A stretch of 64,000 bases of DNA from positions 1,360,263 through 1,424,262 of the forward strand of contig BDGG01000001.1 of the NCBI GenBank assembly GCA_001949185.1. Direction: 5' to 3'. A model generated the notes under the pieces. That model was not told where the DNA came from. It was given only the letters and a program-made list of their open reading frames with translations, and did no database searches. A program made the translations under genes and the position numbers. Positions 27,085-38,199 of the stretch are shown in pieces. Position 1 is the first letter of the stretch; every line of letters starts with the position of its first letter. The stretch comes from Ramazzottius varieornatus. Lineage: Eukaryota > Animalia > Tardigrada.

Positions 27085-29899
27085 CTACTGGAAACGAGGT
27101 TCTGGCGGAGGCATTGCAACGACGCCAGCGCAATCGACGATCCACCAAGTTTCCGCGTCGTGCCTTCTGAACTTCCGGACAAAGCTGCAATCCAGGCATT
27201 GATAGTCAGCAGTCACATAGCCGCACGTGCTGTAACGCTTCTTGAACTTCGCCAATTGCGTCATAGTAAGCGTGTGCTTGTATGCGTCACCATACCCGTA
27301 GACTCTAAGCGTACTGGGACGTAGATTCGCGACTTTCAAGAAGCATTACAGCACTGTAAGTTGGACCGCAAGGCTCAAAGCCACTTACAATACACTGAAT
27401 AGGATAATGAGCGGTAACAAGGCAAAAGTTACTCCAGCGGAAGCGTATGCTATTATGCGTTTCTCCGTACTTCCGCATAGTTCGCCGTGAAGTCCGCATG
27501 CGGGCCGGTCAGGTGGTGACGCAGCCCCTCTCCACAAAAACTGGGCACTTGAAGTGGAGATTATATCCCATGATCTGAGCACCGGTTTGTAGTACAGCAC
27601 ATCCTAAAACGCGATGGGTAAGAGATTAATTTCAGCCAATTAAATTCCGAATGAGTGGGTAAAAGGCAGGCTCTATGCCAAATTCTGAAATTGCTTTGAA
27701 CGCTTGTGAGCTCCAATCGAACGACCGCGAAACGGCTTCCGGATGTCGTTCGCCATTTGGAAGAACGACCACGTCTCGCAAGAAGGAAGGAAAGGGTCGA
27801 GACGTCAGGTCATTAACCTTAGCGACCTTTACAGCGTCAAAGAAAGCATGCTTCCACAGCAGTTTCTCTGAGCTCATCCTCATGTACATGGAATATAAGC
27901 CCTGTAAGCAAAGGATTAACAGCAAAAGAGAATGAGATCGATCGGCTGTGAATAAAAAACATACCGCCGAGACTAGCTCTACACCTTCGTAGCCATTGAC
28001 CATGAATTCGTTGAACTGAAACAAAAGACTACGAGGTAAAGGTTGTAAACTTAGCCACCCCATACCGGGTTTCTAAAGTTAGCCACGGCTGTAGCGTCTA
28101 TCGCTTGATTGACTATCTGATTGTCAATTTTGGCTTTTTAACATGAGATTTCACGTTCTTTCAATTGCGGATCTCTTGGATTCTCTGACTCCTCGTGTTG
28201 ACTGTGCCTAATATCATTCGACAGCCAATTATTTTATCTATCGATCTATCCTTAAAAGTTTGGGATTGAGTGGTAGAAAACAGGCGAACTTAGACGGCTG
28301 ACTTTACAACCTTTCCCTCGTACGTTGTAGCGACTGCAAGGCCGGTTGTACACTGAACACATCTAGTGGCAGTAAAACCTTTTGGAGTGAGTCGTAGGGC
28401 GTGCTGTACATTTCCGAGCGACGACGCACTATTCTTTCGGCGACGGGGGTCGTAAGGGTGTAGTTTATTTCTTTGGTACCGAGGATCAGTACGCTCTTGA
28501 AAGCTCGACGGACAATCTGGAAGACCAAACGAGTCAAAGCCAGAACCAACGCCTGGTATTTTGAAATGGAACCCTCCGCCTACCTGATCTAAAGGATCGT
28601 CGTGCTTCCAACGAAGTGGCGGCTCTGACGGAACCTCCATTTCATACAGAAAGATAAACACCTACACGAGGGTAACGAAGGTCAGAGAACCTCCCGCGCA
28701 TCTTCAAACCTTTCACCTTTGCATGCGTAGATTTTTCCTTCTCAACCTACGCACATAACTGCCAGAAGTCATGTTCAGTTCCTCCGCTTTCGCCTAAAAT
28801 ATGAAAGATCTCGAATGGGAAAGCCGCTAGTTCCCGCATGGTTAGTCGGTAACCTTACCATTAGTCTACGCATCGCCGCGTGCAAAGTGCAACACAAGAT
28901 TACTAAAAAAAGGTTACAGCTATTTTTTCCTCCACGGAATTCAGATTTGAATAATTCCAAACCTCTGGAAAAGTTGCCGGCTTGTGATAACACAGACGCG
29001 AATTGTTCGTGGTAGTCGTTGGAGTCTATATCAATTGTGGAGTACTGGACCAGAGCCGCGTTCCGTTGAAAGACTCTCAAGCAACCTTGACATTCGGATT
29101 TGGGGCGGGAAGCTAGCGGGGACCCAGTCAGTCTGTCATTAAGCACGGTAATATGTCTCCACTGGAAGCGCTGCATCAAGGCCAACAGCGCTTCACCAAA
29201 CACCGTGACCGAACCGGGGAATAAATAGAGGGTGGTGGGAAACCTTTGCCGAGGTAGCTCCACCGACCCACTACAAACGAAACTGTCGCGTAGTATTTTC
29301 GTTGTCGCCGAACGGGAAGAGACTTGATACCAAATAACGTTTTGATCGAAGTTCGGACTTACCAGGAAAGGGAGAGAACGTAAAGCTCTGTAGGAATATA
29401 CAGATTGAATTTGGTTTATTCATATCTTTTTATCACCAGGAATGAATTACACACAATATACCTCGCGTTATGTCTCCGATCAGAGGATATCCAGCGGTCC
29501 CAACTATAAAGGTCGACAGGGAAAGTTCGAACGCGAGTGCAACGGTAGGAGTGCAAGCGTTTTGACGTTTGTACCTGACGACACGACGATGATCTGCTCA
29601 CTGATATTTTTGTCCTTTATGGCCGTGAATACTGCTTCGGAAACTGGAGCGGCAATGCTGGACTGCTGGTTCATCGATGTAGACTCTGCAGGGCCAATAA
29701 GGTCCAGTTTACGGATCTGGGCATCTTTGTACAGCTCGGGGAACCTGACCGCAGCATCCTGCAGGGCAATGTCGAATGAAGGGCTCAGAGCTTCAGTACC
29801 ACTTCCCGACGATCGACCAGTTGTTACCACCAGAATATTCAACCTAGCTGAGACAGTGTAAATTCGGCAAAACAATAACACATTTCTCGAGAAGATCAT
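27085..29899 (-). CDS. Single-pass ANF-type receptor with a short cytoplasmic tail (no kinase-homology or cyclase domain)
   Basis: Spliced exons with PSFDIAL, RFPTTL, LMQRFQWRHITVLND, LRWKHDDPLD, AFKSVLIL, the juxtamembrane PPDRPACGLHGELC and TM IIAYASAGVTFALLPLIILFSVF. A phase-2 intron 27388-27185 joins to FVRKFRRHDAETWWIVDC...RFQ, stop at 27085. Confidence 0.8.
28032..28320. mobile_element. 289-bp mariner-like MITE, copy A (intronic)
   Basis: TA|CGAGGTAAAGGTTGTAAA ... TTTACAACCTTTCCCTCG|TA. Near-identical inverted copy at 33855-34144. Confidence 0.85.
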
Positions 29900-31819
29900 G
29901 GTATAGACGCTTCGTGGGAAGATCCATGGAGATTAGACTCAGATTGTGCAGACCATTCTATCGTCGATTGATAGTAGCAGGCGGTACGCCATGGTAGACA
30001 GAATTCCGCTTGCGTGATGCCCGACCTAATACGGTTCACCTGCAGTGACGGTAGCTATGGTACCACGCATCTTTCGCCGCTAGCTATTTATCCTGGTTCA
30101 AGAAGCTAATTTGTCAAGGCCAGTTGAAAAACGCAGATTCGTAAAAAAGCCGGTAAATCAGTTCACGCTAGACCGGTAATTCGGTTAAGCGATAGATAGG
30201 CAAAATAGGTTGTAAATTCCAGGCCCCTGGAATGGAAAACAGGAAAGGAATGCCTGATATTCCTATATTCTTATTTTCCTTTTCAGAACGTCATCGCGAA
30301 AACTTGGAATGCCAAAATACCGTTTGTCGGTCAGTTATCCATACAAATTTGTACGGGTAGCATGAGATAATAAGCTTCGGCTTAGGCAGGTTTTTTAACA
30401 CTTACAGCACGAAGGTTTTCATGTTCGCAAAATACCACCGTTCTCTTTGTGAGTACAAGACTTTGGTTGGCTAAGGTAATGCAAAGGAGGCAGGGCCAGC
30501 CAATAGATAATTTAAGAAATTTAGAAATTTCGAAGATTGGCAGGCCGTGGAGTTCAACCTGGGGAAAGTAGTCCTTGCCATTTTGATTTTCTCTAAAGCA
30601 TTCCGATGACAAGAAAATTTGTCCCAGGCTTGGTTTCGGTAAAGGGAATTGTCCTCACTGTTTCAGATTTTTTCAGAACGAGTGTTGCGTATGTGCCTCC
30701 AGTAAGAAGACGAAGACTGAAATACCACCGAAACCACCCGAAATCGTAAAACTTTTTGCTAGCGTTCTGCGTTTTCGCTGACCACTGGTCATTAATCTCA
30801 ACTTAATGACAAGATCGAGTTGCAGGCAAACAAAAAATCCCCAACCCGAAAGACCAAAAGCTAAAATCGGGAGGCGAGTGAAACTGACACATTGTACTCA
30901 CAATGAGTACGGTCGTGCTACAAGTGTTAAAGGACCGTCATACAGTCTGACAGCAAAGTTGATACCTTCCACTAAGAATTTCAGTGGAAATTTCAGTTTT
31001 ATGCGACCAAGTCCAAACTTTCGTTATTGGACTGCAAATTACCTCACTTATACTAACGTAGTAGGCTGCGGCTGATTTGGCAAGAAAACATACTTGTAAT
31101 CTTGGTACAGAGAAAACGGACAGAGAAGCGAAAAGCGAGCGTTATGAAAAGTAGTATGGACGAAATACTTCTATCCCGAATATCTTCCGTCGTGCTCGTG
31201 ATCCGAAAGCCAGAGGTGTCTTCTACATGATAGCGTTTGAACTATTGCAATCGGACTATGGGTTCAGGAGATACGAAACTGCGAACGAACACGATGGGGT
31301 GGCGATGACCCGTGACAGTGACTAAAGTCATTTCCTTGAAGGGTAGATAACTCTCTGTTCCAAGAGATTCCAGCTCCGGATGGTGACCACAACTGTTCTC
31401 GTGTCTCTGGAAGATTTCTCGCAGACATGGATAACCACCACGAAGCAGGCTACACGGGTGCAATCCAGAGCTGGAAAAACGTCCACTGTTTTTCTCACAT
31501 CACCATTTTGGAACCTGTCTTTCAAGTATCGATAGCGAAGTGTCACCCTGTTTTTAGAAATTTAACATAGCGCTAAAAGTTTTCGGTGTCTGTGCCTGTG
31601 GAAACCTCATGCAAAAGCTGTTTTCGGGACTTTTTCGACGACCTCAGTCCAATTGACTGGCATCCCGGAAAGAATAATTAGATGTTCGTTGTTCATGCAG
31701 CCTTACATAGAAAATTACATAGCTTTCTATTGATACTCGGATGAGGAATCTATTGGGGAATCGGATGAAATTACGTTGAATGAATCTGTTTTCTTTTTGT
31801 GGGAGCGTCATACCTTCAG

Positions 31820-32050
31820 CTAAACGGATGAACTTTGCTGTGACAGACTGCAGTACAGCATTATGTAGGTAATGGGCCGAAGCTCAGCAAACGCTTGACG
31901 AGAAATTATGGGCCAGTACAAATTACGGGCCAGGCGGATAAGACCGTAAATTGGGAATTCAAGCTTAGAAAATTGTCCAATAGTGCATTGGTGGGAATTG
32001 CACACGTACATACGGACTTCCGTGCCGCCGTTTCGGAACGCGTGTTCCAA
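31820..32050 (-). repeat. Diverged dispersed repeat, related to 7713-7900
   Basis: Codon-level similarity to the CFAP61 intronic copy. Confidence 0.5.
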
Positions 32051-33034
32051 ACTTTTCCTTCGTGCGTGTACGTCACTTGTAGTTTTCTGAATCGGATTCC
32101 TACATCACGTGCACGGTACTATCTGTAACGTCAGCGTTTAAACCGTAACATGCCAGTTAATTGAGTGATTCTTAGGCTAAAACGGTCGGAATCCACGCGG
32201 AAACTTCATCTGCTACTACTGGCCAAATCTCCACCAGTCCGCCACCATCTCCCTCTTGCTTGGTATCAAAATAATCGCAAAATTTGTTCTTTCATCGGAA
32301 GGCAAGCAAGAGTCGTTAAGCTCCAGTGAGCAACGATTGCGACACTCAATGTGGATGTACTGCTGGTCGCGTTCATCTGCAAATTGAGTTTAAGAACCGG
32401 CGTCTGCTGGTTCGTGACGGCTCTTGTCTTGCCTTCCGGTGCTAGAAGCAAATGTTGATGATGGCAATGTTGTTGATGGCGGATTGGTAGAGATTCGGCC
32501 ACTAGAAGTGGATGGAGTTTCCGCCAGGATTCCGCCGTTTTATCCCATTTTACGGTTGAAACGCTGACTGCACAGATGGAACCCGTGCATCTGATGCATG
32601 GATCCGATTTAGAAAAGCTACGGGTGACATACCCCAAACCGGACCAGGCGGAAACATGATTTCCAAATCTTGAGCGGAACCAAGCGGAATTTCCGCCTGG
32701 TTTCGGTTTGGTTACGCCCGCCGGACCGAATTAGTACTTTAATGCTGCTTGTGTTGTTCTGCTGCTTATGTTCCCCTTGGGCCCTACCCACGTACTGTAC
32801 GTATAGCAAGAACGTTGATTGATTGAAGCACTGGCACCGGCAGCTATGTGCGCCACCGAAAATGTTACAACGAAATATGTCAACGTTCCATCGCGTGTGC
32901 ATGTCAGATCTGCGTTTCCGTTGGTACCATCTCCGAAAATAAAATAAAATAATAACACACAATGCGGTCGCTTCTCTGTTGCTCGATGTGTGCCTCATTA
33001 ATCGGTAAAGTAATTTTCCCATCAAGTCCGTAGG

Positions 33035-33466
33035 ATGGCCTATGTTGAAAGATTGAGTCTTATCTTCGTAGTAGTGTTAATTTTTCGCTCCGGATATACG
33101 GCGAAGCCATTGCGTTCAGCGCAAACTGTGGATGGCGACGATGACGACAACGACTTCCTTCTCGAGAAGGCGGACGATTATCCCGATGAGGCTTCTGCAT
33201 CAGATGGGACGAAGTGCGCGAATCGACTAGCTATCGGTGGTACAGGAGGTAAAGCAATCGGGGGAAGGAAAGGTGAACCAGGAAGCAGTACCGACGCAGA
33301 GGGTGGGGAAGGCGGACCCGCATTCAACAACGTGGGATGTGGAGCAGACGGCGGCGCTGGGGGCAAAGCTTTAGTCAAAGACAACGGGGCAAGATCCCGG
33401 GGAGGCTTGGGTGGGGGTGCCATCACTGCATACATGCAACAATTCGTTGTGCAGAGAATGAATTGA
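33035..33466 (+). CDS. Secreted Gly-rich GGxGG-repeat protein, paralogue 1 (143 aa)
   Basis: Signal peptide, acidic spacer (DGDDDDNDF), then C...GGTGGKA...GGEGGPAFNNVGC...GGAGGKA...GGLGGGA. Single exon. Confidence 0.8.
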   Translation: MAYVERLSLIFVVVLIFRSGYTAKPLRSAQTVDGDDDDNDFLLEKADDYPDEASASDGTKCANRLAIGGTGGKAIGGRKGEPGSSTDAEGGEGGPAFNNVGCGADGGAGGKALVKDNGARSRGGLGGGAITAYMQQFVVQRMN

Positions 33467-33854
33467 AAAGCGAAGATTAGGTTGTTTTTAGTGCAGCATG
33501 ATTCTGATTTAAAGGTGCGTTAGTTTTCGGTGCTTTTTCGCCTGTTTCATTAGCTTACTTGATAGCTAGATGCAACACAGGTAATTATACAGGTGCTGCC
33601 TTTGACATAACAAAAATGGTGGAGAACCGTTATGGTTCTGTATTGATTAGATCCACGTCATCGTGTACTTCCTGTCGACTAACGGCTGTCTGCTGGCCAT
33701 ACGACAGCAGGATGGCCATCATGTAGTGAGACTGGTTTGACCAGCGAAGTACGATGGTCGCTGAAAAAAGCCTTCAGATATGTATAAGATCATTTCCGCG
33801 GACTCACTCAATTCGAAGCGCAGTCAATATGCAGCTAGTCAGTCTTGTGTTGTA

Positions 33855-34144
33855 CGAGGGAAAGGTTGTAAAGTTAGCCGTCTAAGTTCGCCTGTTCTCT
33901 ACTACTCAATCCCAAACTTTTAAAAATAGATCGACAGATAAGATAATGAGCTGTCGAATGGTAATAGGCACAGTCAACACGAGAAGTCAGAGAATCCAAG
34001 AGATCCGCAATTAAAAGAACGTTGAAATCTCATGTTAAAAACCCAAGACTGACAATCAGATAGTCGATCAAGCGATAGACGCCACAGGCGTGGCTAACTT
34101 TACAAACCCGGTATGGGGTGGCTAAGTTTACAACCTTTACCTCG
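33855..34144. mobile_element. Mariner-like MITE, copy B (inverted relative to copy A)
   Basis: TA|CGAGGGAAAGGTTGTAAA ... TTTACAACCTTTACCTCG|TA. Confidence 0.85.
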
Positions 34145-34456
34145 TACGGCAAACGTGGACCGCCCCTGTAAGTGTAGCAAGAAATCGAGAATTGTTCGAC
34201 CGTCAGAGCGCTACCGCTTGACATACTTGTTACAAAGACTGTAAATGTATTACTGTAAAAATTCGCTGTGTTCGCCGAGGGCGGATAGTATACTTAGATC
34301 ATCCCCGTCGATGGTTGAGATTTGTCCCTCAACCACCCGGTGAACATTTCCAGCAAGCATACGTACTGTGGTGAACTTTTACAGTAGTTGGTTTTTCCAT
34401 ATACCTGGTACTGGTTTTCAGCTTCGGTGGAAAATAACCTCCATCAATTAAACTAA

Positions 34457-36809
34457 CGAGGGGATTATGCCTGTCCCCACCTCTTTTTAGTCAAACTGTC
34501 CTGGCGGAACGAGAGAGGAGAGTCTCTTCTAGGATCTGAGCCAGTGAGCTAAATCCCGCGTCGATCCTGGAACAAACTACAGGGACTCGGAAGTGACGTC
34601 AGAAATTTATGCCAATTACGTAGAAACGTGATGTCTTGTAGGTCCACGTTAGACCTAACAAACAAACCCTGAAACCCATCAGTAAACAAACTTGTTACGG
34701 CAAATAGATAGTACAGAAATGATGAGCGTCATAAAAGTGATGGAAGCAAAGACGGGCCTTGCACCACCCGCAAACCAGAAGAACAATGTCTCTGCAGTTC
34801 TCGTGAAGACAACTGCCTTTCAGCTTATCAAACATAAACTTGGCTGGATTAACATACATGAAACGTTCGTCGGTATATCCCGACTTACGCCAAGCTTCAG
34901 CTATCAAATTTTCGAACCTGGGCGACCGAAACTGTTGATACAGCACAGTGCAATCTCAAAATCACATCGCGATGATGCACTTGAACGGGTAAATCGTGCA
35001 AAAAGACAAAGTCGGATATCTTCTTGAAGCAGCCTTTGTACATCCTAAAGCATAACACATCCAGCGGTTGAATTTGACCGGTAACCTTCGGAGGGATGGT
35101 CAGCATTTCATACTCCAGCTCTTCCGGTTTCAGTTCAATCACAGAATCTTGATCGGTGAAGGTCTTCCACGAGTCGGCCAAGCACCGCTCTTCCATATGA
35201 GGGAAAAGAAATTTTTCTGACCACTCTAAGTAGAGCTTCTTGGTCATCTTCCCGGATTTCGAAGCAGTGACATACAGATTATCAGCCTTGAACATCGTTC
35301 TCGACACGATCGGACCAAACACTCCTTTCTCTTCCTTCAGCGTTAGGAAAAGAACAAGAAGAAACTTACGCCTGCCCGGGGAGACCGCCATCATCACAGT
35401 ATAGCTATGTGTCATGGAATTCTCCGACTGGGTGATCGCTTCCACGTGTTTTGCTCAAGCAGTTTCCAAAGTTCTTCTTGGTCTCATCTCATATTCAAAG
35501 CCTGACTGATCCGCATTCCACAGACAGTCTAACCCGTACTGTGCGATCCTTGATCTGACAAGCGCAACGCAGGCTTCAGCACTTTCCTTGACGAGAGGCG
35601 CTTCTTGTATGGATTTTTTGGTGACGAACTTGGTTATTTTCCGGTCAACGATCCCATAATATCTAGAAAATATTAATTTCGTTTTTGAAGGAAATCGAAG
35701 CACAAAAAACTGTTGGTACCGTTTGAGTTTCCGATCCAGTCTGGGGAAGCAGTGAAACCGGCCAATTTCACCGCTTCGTTCGCAGTGAGAGCCCATCGAC
35801 GTAATCCAAATCCTTGACCACTTGCTTTTTCCTTTTAGCGAGGAAGAACTGCTTACCGACATCCAAACGTAGAGCCTTCAACTTGTCCAGCCTGGAACCG
35901 CCTTCCACTACCTGCTTTTCCCAGTCGTACAGCTGCCGTATGCTGGTTACTTTACCAAAACTTCTCTGAACAGTGGCCAACGTGAGACGCTTCTTCTTCA
36001 CGGCGTTTCTCCAGTATGTAACCGCACGTTTCTTGTATTCCAAGTTGACTACCTGATCCACTGGAAGCTTGGGGTTAGGAAATCGTGGGATGTATAGCTC
36101 ATGGGAAGAAGGTTCTGTTCCGCTGGAAACAGGCTCAAGCAGTCTATCAGGTTCCGTAACGTCGAAGTCAGCTTCACTCCGGCCATTCAGCAGGTTGCAC
36201 TGGACAACAGATGCTTCGTAATCTTCAAATGACTCGAAGCGGATCTGCAGATCATACTGGAGGTCTTCTTCAACGGCATACACAGGAGTAACACTTTGGG
36301 TGATCTTCGAGTCGATGAAATCTAGGAAAGATTACGAATCAAATTAGTATCTTTTTTGTTTTTGAGCTCCAGTGCACAGCAAGATTACCTTTAACTATGT
36401 CCTTGAACTGCCTGTCAGCTTCGCTTGGAAAGTCGTCGATACGGTAGTGCAGTTTGTAGTCCCATTCCAGCAGCTTGATAACATTCAGCAAGTTGATGGA
36501 TTCCATTTCAGAGAAGCGCAGGAATGAATGAGCAAATGAGAGAAGGTTGAAAAACAACAGAAAACTTGATGAGCAGGAAGCACAGGCTCAATCAACAACC
36601 GAATCAACCATCGAACAATCAAGTCTTGATTGTTCATTGCTCTGCTTATATACCGCCCTACTTTTGACGTCACTCCCGAGTCCCTGTAGTTTGTTCCAGG
36701 ATCGACGCGGGATTTAGCTCACTGGCTCAGATCCTAGAAGAGACTCTCCTCTCTCGTTCCACCAGGACAGTTTGACCAAAAAGAGGTGGGGACAGGCATA
36801 ATCCCCTCG
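34457..36809 (-). mobile_element. Tc4/Tc5-like (pogo-related) DNA transposon, 2353 bp, ~145-bp TIRs, TAA duplication in a CTAAG site
   Basis: C-TAA|CGAGGGGATTATGCC...TGACGTCA and the mirror ...CCCCTCG|TAA-G. Encloses a DDE_1-type transposase. Confidence 0.85.
34695..36506 (-). pseudogene. DD37D transposase (HTH + CENP-B-like HTH + DDE_1 + C-terminal Cys/His knuckle), frameshifted
   Basis: LWNADQSGF, LADSW and IQPLDV, with 37 residues between D2 and D3. C-terminal CLHENC...VCGWCKARLCFHHFY. Split over several frames and includes introns. Confidence 0.85.
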
Positions 36810-37104
36810 TAAGTCCGAGCGTAACCAGGTGAACGAGCCGAGGTTAGATACATGTAGAGCAACAACCATCGAGGTCTCATGCGCAACGCTTGCCTGTATA
36901 ATAAGTGGGTCACATGGGCGATAGATGTTTCTCCGATCGCGATCGCAATTTCCGACACAACAAACCGATTTTGACACCTGTCTGAAATCATGTTAGGATG
37001 ATCGGCCTATAAGAGCTCGTAACTGTCAGATAATGTATGCCAATCGGATATACCTCTATCGTACTTCGAACTGCAATCCTGTTAGATTGAGTTTTTTTCT
37101 GAAA

Positions 37105-37527
37105 ATGGTGTCTCGGTCTCATCTGGTGGCTGTCGCTGCCGTTTTGGTGACGGTCCTCATATCCGGCTGCGAGTCGAGGGCGATTCGCGTCAGACGGGCA
37201 GCGGCTGATGACTCTTACTCTGACAGCTCTAACGACCTGAACATCGGCCCACGTAACCGCAACCGTGGAGCCACCGGGATAGGAGGCAGGAACTGTGGTA
37301 ACGCACAGACGTACGGAGGCGCTGGTGGTAACTCCAAAGGAGGAAACAACCCTCAGAATACTGGTATTCGAAATTCTGCAGGAGGAAGAGGTGGTGTGGC
37401 TATCAACGATACCGGCTGCGGAGCGAAGGGCGGCAGCGGTGGTTCCTCTATCGGGGGGCGTGGAGGCGACAGTCGAGGCGGAGCAGGTGGCCTAGCCCTT
37501 GTGACTGACTACGCGTTTGGGCGTTAG
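37105..37527 (+). CDS. Secreted Gly-rich GGxGG-repeat protein, paralogue 2 (140 aa)
   Basis: Signal MVSRSHLVAVAAVLVTVLISGCES, furin site RVRR, acidic spacer, then C...GGAGGNS...GGRGGVAINDTGC...GGSGGSS...GGAGGLA, ending FGR. Confidence 0.8.
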   Translation: MVSRSHLVAVAAVLVTVLISGCESRAIRVRRAAADDSYSDSSNDLNIGPRNRNRGATGIGGRNCGNAQTYGGAGGNSKGGNNPQNTGIRNSAGGRGGVAINDTGCGAKGGSGGSSIGGRGGDSRGGAGGLALVTDYAFGR

Positions 37528-38199
37528 TCTTCTGGGCTGGACTTTTGCTCTATTCATTTGGTCATGGGCCGAGTAAAATCTTGTCTGCGTTTGTCGTTGC
37601 ATGTTCGCTATACACTGAACGGTAATTTAATCTTGCCATCTGCTCAAAAATAGCGGTTTTAAAGCTAGCTCTTCGTTTAATAAATAAGGCAAATTTGTCC
37701 AGATGGGACATCGACTCGCCAGGTTAAGTTACGATGGTTTGCTCAGTCGAATACTACTATTTTGATAGCTCAATTTCTACACTCGTATCATGTCTCAGGG
37801 TCCTTGACTTTCTGTTTACTGCATGATCGAGCATCAACTTCGGGCAATTCTGAGCAACAATTAGGTCCACGTTTTCCATAGCGAGAACTATTCATAAACA
37901 AGCGTGCTTCTTTGCTTTGCGATTTCCTGCCATGCCGTACGTGGTCTTGCACTACACGCTTTTCCTCTGACCATGTTAGCTCGTACGAACTTGTCTGCCG
38001 GCAACTTTCCTTTCCGATTCCACGTCATTGTTGTTAATGCTTGCGATCCGCTCGCAAGTTTTGCCCGCCCACCTTCGGTGCATTTACTGTGTTCTGTACC
38101 ACTGGCGATGTAGAGTTGTCAGTATGAAAAATCAATCGATCGACAGTCGCGGCAGGTTCGTTGGCTAGGTACAATCAAACCTTAATTAGCACTTCCGGT

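Noticed and set aside
27305-27354. Alternative last exon AVMLLESRESTSQYA for the short-tailed receptor
   Set aside because: It needs a ~34-nt intron and lacks the basic/WWIV juxtamembrane motif found in the 27184-27085 exon.
32266-33025. Possible minus-strand gene upstream of paralogue 1
   Set aside because: It is interrupted by a stop, has no recognisable domain and no consistent splice model. At most it is a remnant.
34580-36686. Pogo element with TA|CAGGG ends inserted in the centre of a palindromic MITE
   Set aside because: The outer ends give a TAA duplication in CTAAG, and the transposase is DD37D. One element with ~145-bp TIRs is simpler.
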